This document shows, piece by piece, positions 10,560-19,185 of a DNA stretch of 64,000 nucleotides. Where the stretch lies: the NCBI GenBank assembly GCA_024281695.1, contig JAMXAE010000001.1, positions 1,538 through 65,537 of the forward strand. Reading direction: 5' to 3'. The stretch's first letter is position 1. The number at the start of each line of letters is the position of its first letter. Below the pieces are notes generated by a model. It was not told the origin of the DNA. It worked only from the letters and a program-made list of their open reading frames with translations, and did not search any database. A program made the position numbers and the translations under genes. This DNA is from Nitrosomonas sp. (GTDB lineage: Bacteria; Pseudomonadota; Gammaproteobacteria; Burkholderiales; Nitrosomonadaceae).

Positions 10560-11738
10560 CTAGAGTCTCTCGAATATTGCTGCAATGCCCTGTCCACCCC
10601 CTATGCACATGGTGACCAAAGCATAACGTCCACCGCAGCGATGTAGTTCGTAAATAGCTTTGATGGTCAGAATACTACCGGTTGCACCAATGGGATGACC
10701 CAATGCGACAGCGCCACCGTTTGGATTGGTTTTTTTCGGGTCAAAATGTAATTCTTTTGCAACGACACAGGCTTGTACAGCAAAAGCTTCGTTGGATTCA
10801 ATGACGTCAAGATCATCTATTTTCAGATTGGCGCGCCGCAGAGCATTTTGAACAGCCGGTATCGGTCCAATACCCATAAACTTGGGATCAACACCAGCAT
10901 GACCATAGGAAACCAATCGTGCCATCGGCTTTAAGTTGCGCTTTTCCGCTTCATGACTTTCCATAAGAACCAATGCAGCCGCGCTATCATTAATTCCAGA
11001 GGAATTCCCTGCAGTTACGGTGCCTTCTTTCTGAAAAACCGGGCGTAATTTGGCTAAGTTCTCAATGCAGGTATTTTTACGAGGATGTTCATCGATATCA
11101 AAAATAGTTGTTTCTTTATGAGTAGTAATTTCAATCGGTAATATTTGCTCTTTAAAGTAACCCTTCTGGATGGCATATAGGGCACGTCGATGACTTTCCA
11201 CTGCGAATTGATCCTGTTCTTCACGATTGATCTGCCACCGGGCGGCGATATTCTCAGCTGTAATTCCCATATGTACATTATCAAAAGGATCGGTTAAAGC
11301 GCCGACCATCATGTCTACCGTACCGCCATTATTCATACGTTGACCCCAGCGGAGTGCGGGTATCAAATATCCACTGCGACTCATCGATTCGGCACCACCG
11401 GCAACCGCGATATCGGTGTCGCTGAGTAAAATATTCTGACTAGCCGAAATGATGGCTTGTAAGCCGCTGCCGCATAATCGATTGACTGCCATGGCGGAGG
11501 TATGCTGTGGTAATCCTCCGTTAATCCCGGCGATACGTGCTAAATACATATCGCGGAATTCACCGTGTATGACATTGCCAAAAACCAGGTGCCCTACTTG
11601 ATTGGGATCAATGTTGGCGCGTAGAATGGCCTCATGCACTACTTTTGCTGCTAAATCAGCAGGAGCCATATCTTTAAGTGTGCCGCCATAGTCACCAATT
11701 GCTGTGCGCACACCACTCAAAATCACTACATCTCTCAT
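10560..11738 (-). CDS. bktB: Acetyl-CoA C-acyltransferase (beta-ketothiolase, BktB-like)
   Basis: NRLCGSGLQ, NEAFA, GHPIGATG and CIGGGQG catalytic motifs. Confidence 0.9.
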   Translation of the reverse strand: MRDVVILSGVRTAIGDYGGTLKDMAPADLAAKVVHEAILRANIDPNQVGHLVFGNVIHGEFRDMYLARIAGINGGLPQHTSAMAVNRLCGSGLQAIISASQNILLSDTDIAVAGGAESMSRSGYLIPALRWGQRMNNGGTVDMMVGALTDPFDNVHMGITAENIAARWQINREEQDQFAVESHRRALYAIQKGYFKEQILPIEITTHKETTIFDIDEHPRKNTCIENLAKLRPVFQKEGTVTAGNSSGINDSAAALVLMESHEAEKRNLKPMARLVSYGHAGVDPKFMGIGPIPAVQNALRRANLKIDDLDVIESNEAFAVQACVVAKELHFDPKKTNPNGGAVALGHPIGATGSILTIKAIYELHRCGGRYALVTMCIGGGQGIAAIFERL

Positions 11739-11768
11739 GTCGTTTCCTTAATTAATACTGATGAGGTT

Positions 11769-12182
11769 CTAGTTTCCTGAGTCATCTTTTTTCAATAATG
11801 CTTCAAGCATGAGGGTTACTTGTCGTAACTCATGCTGCAGATCAGGCAACAGCTTGGAAGACTCATTAATTTGATGGTTCTTCCCATGGTCTTCTAATTT
11901 CTGACAGATGTCGGCAAGGGTTTCTGCCCCTATATTGGCAGTGCTGGATTTAAAGGCGTGAGCTGCTTTATTTAAGGCTGAATTATCTCCGGTTTGTATG
12001 GCTTTTTCAATATTAGCTAACGATATGGGTGCAGATGCCAAATAAATTGAGATCAGTTTCTTCAGAAACCCAGTTCCATCGACCGAGTTTAATTGACACA
12101 ATGAGTTCAGTTTGTCTAAATTGACACTAGAATGATTAGCCGGTCTATTTTCCTTATCTATACTGGAGATGGTTTTAGACAT
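11769..12182 (-). CDS. Hpt (histidine phosphotransfer) domain protein
   Basis: AAHAFKSSTANIGA..L...C..LE Hpt motif. Confidence 0.85.
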   Translation of the reverse strand: MSKTISSIDKENRPANHSSVNLDKLNSLCQLNSVDGTGFLKKLISIYLASAPISLANIEKAIQTGDNSALNKAAHAFKSSTANIGAETLADICQKLEDHGKNHQINESSKLLPDLQHELRQVTLMLEALLKKDDSGN

Positions 12183-12189
12183 ATCAATA

Positions 12190-12603
12190 TTATTCTTTTG
12201 AAATAGTTAACCAGTGCTCTAAAACGATCTTTAGTTGAGCCAACATAAATGGTTTGGATAGAAAATCATTCATGCCGGCATCAAGACATTTTTGCTGATC
12301 GTCGAACATCGCATTGGCAGTAAGTGCAATAATGGGTATCTGTTGCAGATTATCAGAGTACTGCCGGATTATTGCTGTTGCTGTATAGCCGTCCATGATG
12401 GGCATTTGGATATCCATTAGAATCAAATCAAAATCGCTTTTCTGCGCCAGATCGACAGCTTCCTGACCATTGGCAGCCAGTGTTATTTGCAAGCCGAGTT
12501 TCTCCAACATGGCACTTGCGACCTGCTGATTAACAGGATTGTCTTCGACTAACAGTATTTTTCCTTGCAACGGTATTGCGCTAATCAATGGAGTTCCTTC
12601 CAT
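12190..12603 (-). CDS. Receiver (REC) domain protein of hybrid-kinase type, possibly a remnant
   Basis: ILLVEDNPVNQ, LMDIQMPIMDG, IIALTANA, MNDFLSKPF. Confidence 0.85.
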   Translation of the reverse strand: MEGTPLISAIPLQGKILLVEDNPVNQQVASAMLEKLGLQITLAANGQEAVDLAQKSDFDLILMDIQMPIMDGYTATAIIRQYSDNLQQIPIIALTANAMFDDQQKCLDAGMNDFLSKPFMLAQLKIVLEHWLTISKE

Positions 12604-12800
12604 AGGGATTTTTACTGGAGGTGTCGATCAAATGCTAGTGATAACATCGAATAAACCATTCTGGTGAATTGATTTTGAGATAGAAAGCATAATACCAGTT
12701 TCTTATTGTGAGTTACTTGATCATCGTGTGTGTCAATCAATCTGGTAAGATTTGTAGTAGTCCAGCCGGATGAAAAGAATTATTCTATACACCTCGATCT

Positions 12801-13343
12801 ATGGCAATTTTTGATTTAATGAAAACCTTGCAAATCAATATAAAGCTCTGGTTTATCACAGGGCTCATTCAGTTCGCTTTAATTCTCACGATGAGTCTGT
12901 TGATTGTTACACAGATTAATGCGGCAGAACTCTTCAAAATTAAACCTCACGAAGTGCCTGATGCCTGCAATACGGAGGTGGCGCAAGTCCGAGTGACGGT
13001 TAATGGCGTGGGAGCAGGTGGTGTTTTGAACGTTGGGTTGTACGATGACCCGGATAATTTTCTGTTCAAGAAAGGTCGCAAACGTACTGTGCGCATCCCG
13101 GCGGTGGAAGGGCAACAAAAGATTTGTATGAATCTCGATCAGCCAGGTACTTATGCCGTGGCTGCATACCATGATAGGGATGCGAATCGTAAGTTGAAAT
13201 TACGCTGGAATATGTTGCCGAACGAGCCTTTTGGTTTATCGAATAATCCTGAGAATCCTGATGGCTTTCCAAAATTCAGTGATTCCGCATTTACTACAGG
13301 CAATTTGGGCGCGGATATTGTGATTGATCTCAAGCAACCCTGA
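12801..13343 (+). CDS. DUF2141-family exported protein
   Basis: PGTYAVAAYHDRDAN.KL....PNEPFGLSNNP..P.F.D.AF pattern. Confidence 0.82.
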   Translation: MAIFDLMKTLQINIKLWFITGLIQFALILTMSLLIVTQINAAELFKIKPHEVPDACNTEVAQVRVTVNGVGAGGVLNVGLYDDPDNFLFKKGRKRTVRIPAVEGQQKICMNLDQPGTYAVAAYHDRDANRKLKLRWNMLPNEPFGLSNNPENPDGFPKFSDSAFTTGNLGADIVIDLKQP

Positions 13344-13356
13344 TCTGCTGTGATCC

Positions 13357-14190
13357 ATGCGTATGTTGCTTAATCTGTTATTGATACTGGCTGTCGCATA
13401 CCTGGCGGTGGTGCTACTGGTGTATTTTGGTCAATCCCGTCTAATTTATTTTCCGCAGACTGGGCATGACGCCAGCAATACGCCAAATACAATTGGTTTG
13501 GATTATACGTCAGTCAATATCACCACAATCGATAGTGAAAAACTGCATGGTTGGTGGGTGCCCGTGCCCGATGCTAAGGGCACGGTGCTGTTTTTTCATG
13601 GTAATGCCGGAAATATCTCTCATCGAATCAATTATCTGGCGATGTTCAAACGGCTTGGCTATAACACGTTGCTCTTGGATTATCGCGGGTATGGCCAAAG
13701 TAGTGGTATTCCTTCGGAGTCCGGCATGTATTTAGATGCCGAGGCAGCCTGGCATTATTTGACTAAAACTAGGGGAATTATGCCTAAACGGATTATCGTA
13801 TTTGGCGAATCGCTGGGGGGCGCTGTGGTAGCCTGGCTGGCTGTACAGGAAAAGCCAGGATTGTTGGTTTTAGCCTCCACCTTTACTTCTGTTCCCGATC
13901 TGGCTGCCAAATTATACCCATTTCTACCGGTGCGTTGGATCACTCGCTTTCATTACAATACGTTGGAATCGTTGCGATCAGTGGTATGTCCTGTTTTTAT
14001 TGCACACAGTCCTCAGGACGAAATTATTCCATTTTCACAGGGTCAGCAGTTGTTTCTGGCGGCTTCTGAACCTAAACAGTTACTGATACTGGAAGGTGGG
14101 CACAATATTGGTTTTATTTTTATGCAACCGGCTTGGATTAAGTCTTTGGGAGCATTTATGGATACTAGTATAGGATCCATCAACGATTAG
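13357..14190 (+). CDS. Alpha/beta hydrolase (ABHD/BEM46-like), membrane-anchored
   Basis: FFHGNAGN, DYRGYGQS, GESLGG nucleophile elbow, DEII, GGHN. Confidence 0.9.
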   Translation: MRMLLNLLLILAVAYLAVVLLVYFGQSRLIYFPQTGHDASNTPNTIGLDYTSVNITTIDSEKLHGWWVPVPDAKGTVLFFHGNAGNISHRINYLAMFKRLGYNTLLLDYRGYGQSSGIPSESGMYLDAEAAWHYLTKTRGIMPKRIIVFGESLGGAVVAWLAVQEKPGLLVLASTFTSVPDLAAKLYPFLPVRWITRFHYNTLESLRSVVCPVFIAHSPQDEIIPFSQGQQLFLAASEPKQLLILEGGHNIGFIFMQPAWIKSLGAFMDTSIGSIND

Positions 14191-14238
14191 GAAGGAGAAG
14201 CTTAAGAGGCTTGGGCGAGTACAAATAAGTTGCTATCG

Positions 14239-15366
14239 TTAATGTTGTTGATGATTTAATTGATGTCGGCGGCGCCAGAACAACGAATCGGGCCAGCGCT
14301 GTTCAGTTGCGTAATATCCAGCTCGAGTGTTTACATAATCAGTGAAGATGTGTTCTAAATCATTACAAAAATGATTAATAGCAAAGCGGTCGCCGTGCAT
14401 GGTGTTTGAAATAGCCTTTCCCGCCATCCACCCGTGTCTCAATCCCTTGGTAATGCCGTGCGATGACAAAGGATCGAATGCCATTGCCGCATCCCCGACC
14501 GCTAACCAGCCTTCGCCATGAAAGCAATCCAGTCGTTGCGTTCTTGCTGAACAAACGGAAGTGTCGATTATGTATTTAAAAGGTTGTATTGACTCTGCAA
14601 TGGCCTGAGTTTTTTTAAGTCTTGAGTGCCAGTTCATGTCGATTGTGGGTTTTCTCAAATCTATCAAATCTGTGTCGGTGATAAGCATGCACACACAATC
14701 ATTAGCGGAGAGCGGAGCAAAATACCACCAGCCGATGTCACAGGATTCGATCACGATGTGATTTTTCTGTTTACTGATGGGGGTCTTGCAGTTTGTGTAA
14801 TGTCGAGTAATAGCGACTTGCGGTTCAAATGCCATAATACGGCTTCCTTGTGCCCTGGAGAAACTGGCCGATTTGCCGCTGGCATCAAGAATAAATAGTG
14901 CTTCAAGGCAATTGTTATTTTTTCCATCGGTAACATCAATTTGCCATGAATGGGCGTTCCGGGATGATTTCTGAATTTTTGTATTTTCAAAAATGACAAC
15001 ACCTGTTTGGCGTGCATGATTTGCAAAAGCTTGATCAAATTTGGGACGTGAAAGATTAATACCATGCTCGAAGGGATGAAAGAAATAATCCAATTCATGG
15101 GGAGTATCATCATTTCCCCACCAGGACACGACGCCTGGACAATGCAAATGCTCTTTCTCCTCAATTAAAGCAGTTGGTATTCCCAATTCGTGAAATATAC
15201 CTAGTGCTGATGGAGGGAGGTGTTCGCCAACACGTTTCTGGGTATAGGATGTTTTTTCAATAATAGCCACACTCAATCCATTCTTCGTCAGACTGAGCCC
15301 GGCGGCAAGCCCACAGGGACCGCCGCCGATCACAACGATGTCAAAAAAATGTTTAGCTTTGGCCAT
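14239..15366 (-). CDS. FAD-dependent oxidoreductase, LodB/GoxB family (CTQ cofactor maturation)
   Basis: VVIGGGPCG, GEHLPP, GWWYFAPL, WLAVGDAAMAFDPLSSHGITK, YYATEQRWPDSLFWRRR; start overlaps the end of the lodA-like gene. Confidence 0.87.
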   Translation of the reverse strand: MAKAKHFFDIVVIGGGPCGLAAGLSLTKNGLSVAIIEKTSYTQKRVGEHLPPSALGIFHELGIPTALIEEKEHLHCPGVVSWWGNDDTPHELDYFFHPFEHGINLSRPKFDQAFANHARQTGVVIFENTKIQKSSRNAHSWQIDVTDGKNNNCLEALFILDASGKSASFSRAQGSRIMAFEPQVAITRHYTNCKTPISKQKNHIVIESCDIGWWYFAPLSANDCVCMLITDTDLIDLRKPTIDMNWHSRLKKTQAIAESIQPFKYIIDTSVCSARTQRLDCFHGEGWLAVGDAAMAFDPLSSHGITKGLRHGWMAGKAISNTMHGDRFAINHFCNDLEHIFTDYVNTRAGYYATEQRWPDSLFWRRRHQLNHQQH

Positions 15367-16918
15367 TGATCGGATTGCGCTCACTTTCGACAAATTCATC
15401 ATCTTGTTTGACTACAAATCCAAGTTCTGTCCACCACTTCACCATATCGCCATAGCTTTTTACCCCTCTGGAAAACCGTTGTAATTGACCGGATTGGGTG
15501 ATGACTTCGACCGGACGTTGTGCCGGCCACCATAGTGCACCGCAATCAAGAAAATCCGCTTGCCAAGGCAGCGCCATGCGCTCGGTCAAGAAACCAGGCG
15601 ACAGGCTTTGTTTGATGCGGAATGGCGAGTCATAAGTAGCTGCTTGCGCAATTACATAAGTAGCTTCAATGCCGGGGAAGAAAGGAGCGCCAATACATCC
15701 TTCTAATGCTGCACGTGTTAGTGCGTCCGGCTGTTCATCAAGAGGCAGGTCGTCAAATGGAACAGTAACAGGCTCGCCTGCCCAGTCAGCAGTAAAGTTT
15801 CCACTTGCCCATTTCTCCATCATGCCGTATTGATATTCAGTCAATGCCGCATATTCACCTTTGTTGGGATTATCGGGATCAAGCCCACTGTTTAGCTTCG
15901 GCATGTTGGGTGGTGCTGCAGGAGGGGGTGTATTGGGATTAACCGGTGTATTGGGTTTCATAAGCCAGCTAAAAATTCTTTGTCGCGCAGGCTTGGCATT
16001 GTCGCTATTGTCAGTTAATTGTGTAAATCGTTGGGATGAAAGAAAATTGCCTGCGCTACCGTGGTGACGGTTCTCGCGCTCAACGACCCAATGGAGTAGA
16101 ACTGTGCGTTTGAGAATTGGATAAATATCCTGCGTAAACGAAGGCACTGTTTTTGTAAGATGAGGGGAGAAAACTTTTGTAGAAACATTCAATGCCTGGT
16201 CATACCAAGTGGTCATGTTTTCAATGCCGGGTGCATAAGAGGGCGGTGCAACCACCAACCATGCACCTCCTTCCGCTGCAATGGCTTCGTTTCCGTCAAT
16301 TTCAATAAAAGCGTTTACCGGTCCATCCGAAATACCATCAAACCAGCCATTGTTGTTTGCGAAATTTGTTAGCGCGCTGCCAAGAGGAGAGCCGGATTTT
16401 CCGGGGCCTCCAACGACAATCAGTCTGCCATTTTCATCGGTTAATAATCGACCTAAAACAACTTTTGCGCTGCCTTCGATGTTGCCATTCTTAATAAAGT
16501 TGATTGCTCCATTCAGCGGCCCAATTTCTTGATTAATCCCTGAGATGGATTGAGGAGAAGCATCAATGACGAGTCCCGAGCGATTGTAACCAATATTACG
16601 CGGCGGTGCCGATGGTCCTCCAGGTGGAAATATGCCACTCGCCGCTTTGCGATTCACCAAGTGAACCTGCCAAGTAATTTTAATCGTGTTTCCCGATACG
16701 ACTTCTTGTTTCAAGGTTTCATTGCCAAAGTCGTCACGCTCAAATGCATAAATTCTAAATCGAGCCCCTTGGGGCTTAATTCTTCCAGGAGTGGCATGAT
16801 CTCGGTAGGGCCCATCGGGAACAACACCAGGTGCTTCAGGCCCAAGGAAGTATTCTGTTTCACTATTTCCAATACGAGCAATTCCAATCGCTGGGTAGAT
16901 ACGATAGATCGTTTTCAT
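15353..16918 (-). CDS. LodA/GoxA-family CTQ-dependent amino-acid oxidase
   Basis: YRIYPAIGIARIGNS, ARFRIY, WQVHLVNRKA, LGRLLTDENGRLIVVGG, NNNGWFDGISDGPV, ALEGCIGAPFFPGIE, MALPWQADFLDC (CTQ Cys), WWPAQRP, WTELGFV (CTQ Trp). Confidence 0.92.
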   Translation of the reverse strand: MKTIYRIYPAIGIARIGNSETEYFLGPEAPGVVPDGPYRDHATPGRIKPQGARFRIYAFERDDFGNETLKQEVVSGNTIKITWQVHLVNRKAASGIFPPGGPSAPPRNIGYNRSGLVIDASPQSISGINQEIGPLNGAINFIKNGNIEGSAKVVLGRLLTDENGRLIVVGGPGKSGSPLGSALTNFANNNGWFDGISDGPVNAFIEIDGNEAIAAEGGAWLVVAPPSYAPGIENMTTWYDQALNVSTKVFSPHLTKTVPSFTQDIYPILKRTVLLHWVVERENRHHGSAGNFLSSQRFTQLTDNSDNAKPARQRIFSWLMKPNTPVNPNTPPPAAPPNMPKLNSGLDPDNPNKGEYAALTEYQYGMMEKWASGNFTADWAGEPVTVPFDDLPLDEQPDALTRAALEGCIGAPFFPGIEATYVIAQAATYDSPFRIKQSLSPGFLTERMALPWQADFLDCGALWWPAQRPVEVITQSGQLQRFSRGVKSYGDMVKWWTELGFVVKQDDEFVESERNPINGQS

Positions 16919-17141
16919 TTTTGCAGACTCCTTATATGAAATTCTTGATCGTGAGAAATTAGAATTATTATCTGAAATCTTTTATCTTTACGGTTCTTAA
17001 GTCCTTACAGATTGGTAATTTCGTGATTGCGCTCGCGATGAGCTTGTCGAGCAGCGAGCATGATTAACTTATTCACAGCTTCCTTAGGAAATAACTGCCT
17101 AACCTGATCGAGTCAGGCTTGCCATATTAAAATAATTATAT

Positions 17142-18122
17142 CTATACATTCAACGAATCATAAGTATAAAGCTGTTTAACATCGAGCATTTCTGCTGGGG
17201 TTGTACTTCCCGACAATAAGGAATTCAAAGTGTCATTAAGGCGATGGCCTTTCAAATTACTCGATTCAGACTGCAAAGGGACATAAATACGACCGTGACC
17301 AGTCGGAGGTGAGCGCATCCAGCTTTCCCAAATGCGATCGACATTACAGTGATTAAGATAAAAAACAGGATCATTGGGCGATGTGGAAATTAACATATCT
17401 CCGCCAACAAATACGTGAACGCGATTATGCAAACCCGGCGGGCGGATCTGTAGGGTATTTTGCCAACCTTCGACAAGATTGCGAAACCCGACAGAATTAA
17501 CGCTCCAGGGTGCGGCATCATAAGTAGTTTGATCCAAAGCGGTGGCTGTGTGTGTTTTTGTTGGTAGGCGATTGGTAGTCGACGTGCCCAACTGGCGACG
17601 CAAACCACGATTTACTTGGATTAACTGTCCGTTAACGCTTGCAGTTAATCGAACGCGCCACGATTTCGAATTGGCAGGATCAAATACAAATGGACCTGTG
17701 GTTACCGGAGTTCCGCTTCCGCCCATACAATTACTTGCCCAGATGGCAGCCGTTCTCTGGCGTACAAGTGATAACTCGCCATCTTGTGCCCAATCCCAAT
17801 AAGGCAATCCGAACGTTGTATCGTTACCGAGCACGCGTTGTAAATTCATTTCCAGTTGTAGCAACATAAATCGGTGCCATGGGAGAAAAACAGGGCCTCG
17901 ATGCGCAGCATTTCGATCACTTTGTGTAGATGGTGTAAATGTTGTCATTGCGACATGATGCCATACCACAAATAAATCATAGGTACTGACACGCTGAGTA
18001 GGTCCATCGATACCAAGATCTTGGGTCGTTGGACCAGGGAATTCATTTTTCAGTAGCTTTATGCCTTTGATATATTTGTCGCGTGCAACGACACTATTCA
18101 GAATGTTTTCACGTATAGCCAT
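17142..18122 (-). CDS. Tyrosinase (type-3 copper, MelC2-like)
   Basis: CuA: YDLFVVWHH..AHRGPVFLPWHR; LPYWDW; CuB: HNRVHVFVGGDM..SPNDPVFYLNHCNVD. Confidence 0.94.
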   Translation of the reverse strand: MAIRENILNSVVARDKYIKGIKLLKNEFPGPTTQDLGIDGPTQRVSTYDLFVVWHHVAMTTFTPSTQSDRNAAHRGPVFLPWHRFMLLQLEMNLQRVLGNDTTFGLPYWDWAQDGELSLVRQRTAAIWASNCMGGSGTPVTTGPFVFDPANSKSWRVRLTASVNGQLIQVNRGLRRQLGTSTTNRLPTKTHTATALDQTTYDAAPWSVNSVGFRNLVEGWQNTLQIRPPGLHNRVHVFVGGDMLISTSPNDPVFYLNHCNVDRIWESWMRSPPTGHGRIYVPLQSESSNLKGHRLNDTLNSLLSGSTTPAEMLDVKQLYTYDSLNV

Positions 18123-18193
18123 AGCATTCTCCAGTATTTTTAATCATTAATACAAGATTCTTCTAAGTCATCTTCTAAAGTAATTGAGTAATC

Positions 18194-18583
18194 TTATCTA
18201 TGGGGTGATTTAGCTTTAGTTTTGTGCTCAGCATGCGTGTCATGTGTAGGCTTGACATTTTTAAAATCATCAGGAAAAGCATCGACCAATTGTTTAACCA
18301 TATCGAGGGCAGATGCAAAGCTCATGTTAGGTATTGGGTGATAATGGACTTTCCCGTCGTTGCTGACGCCCATATGACCGGTAATGGGTATACCGTCGAC
18401 TTCTATCTGGTAAGTTGTTCTAACTACGATGTGATGTCCTTTGTAGTCGGTTTCACGAATGGTTTCAGAACCCATGTGTTGATGCTCATGGGATTTCGCC
18501 ATTTGTGTAGCTTGTTTTTTGACATAGGAATCTATCAATTTAACCGTTGGTTTTTCAATGGAATTCTTGCTTGGCATGATCAT
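18194..18583 (-). CDS. Tyrosinase copper chaperone ('caddie', MelC1-like)
   Basis: E.DYKGHHI..IEVDG..H..NDG..HY...F.SALDMVKQLVD resembles the MelC1 core; His-rich termini; immediately upstream of the tyrosinase. Start is 18583 or 18577 after GGAG. Confidence 0.72.
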   Translation of the reverse strand: MIMPSKNSIEKPTVKLIDSYVKKQATQMAKSHEHQHMGSETIRETDYKGHHIVVRTTYQIEVDGIPITGHMGVSNDGKVHYHPIPNMSFASALDMVKQLVDAFPDDFKNVKPTHDTHAEHKTKAKSPHR

Positions 18584-18609
18584 TTTCTCCTGGAAATTAA
18601 TCGGATGCA

Positions 18610-19008
18610 TTAAGGTACTATAAATTGAGCGGTTCCTCGAAGATTAATACTGGAATATAGCTGTTGCGGTCCTGGCAGGGGGCCTGCTATCGACGTAGGT
18701 GCGGTAGTAGTAATTCCTGGCACCTTAACACGCGTTCCAACAGACTGAGGCATTACTGTAACGACAGGTAAAATCAGGGTAAATTTGACTGTTCGGAGAT
18801 CTGGAATAGTTTCTAGCGTTACTGTAACCAATTGGCCAAGATCGGTAGCTTGTACAGAAATTTCTTCGCCTCTGAAAGAGCGGCTGAGCTGATTATCGCG
18901 ATAGCTGAGAATCGGTCCTCCTATAAAGCTTGTCGTTGAGTAAGTAACGTGAATAGCGCCACGGCTGAGTTCGAATAAATTAGCTTGTGTAAATCCTTCC
19001 ATAATCAT
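18610..19008 (-). CDS. Hypothetical beta-rich protein in the oxidase operon
   Basis: 132 aa, AGGAG SD, co-oriented with the operon; no recognisable motif. Confidence 0.8.
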   Translation of the reverse strand: MIMEGFTQANLFELSRGAIHVTYSTTSFIGGPILSYRDNQLSRSFRGEEISVQATDLGQLVTVTLETIPDLRTVKFTLILPVVTVMPQSVGTRVKVPGITTTAPTSIAGPLPGPQQLYSSINLRGTAQFIVP

Positions 19009-19185
19009 TACTCCTTTTTGTCTATAAGCATACTTATGTTGTTGAAAGATAGATTACAGATCGTTGTATTGATCTAGATTTTTGCATCACTCATCTTTTG
19101 ACGGAAAATATCTGTCTTCCGTCACCTCATTAGCCGATCACACTATCGGCAATACGTGCTTCCCAAAATGTAAGATATATAAATT

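Noticed and set aside
17021-17065. GC-rich imperfect palindrome between tyrosinase and lodA (CGTGA-TTGCGC-TCGCG)
   Set aside because: Weak CRP match embedded in a probable mRNA hairpin; function cannot be assigned from sequence alone.
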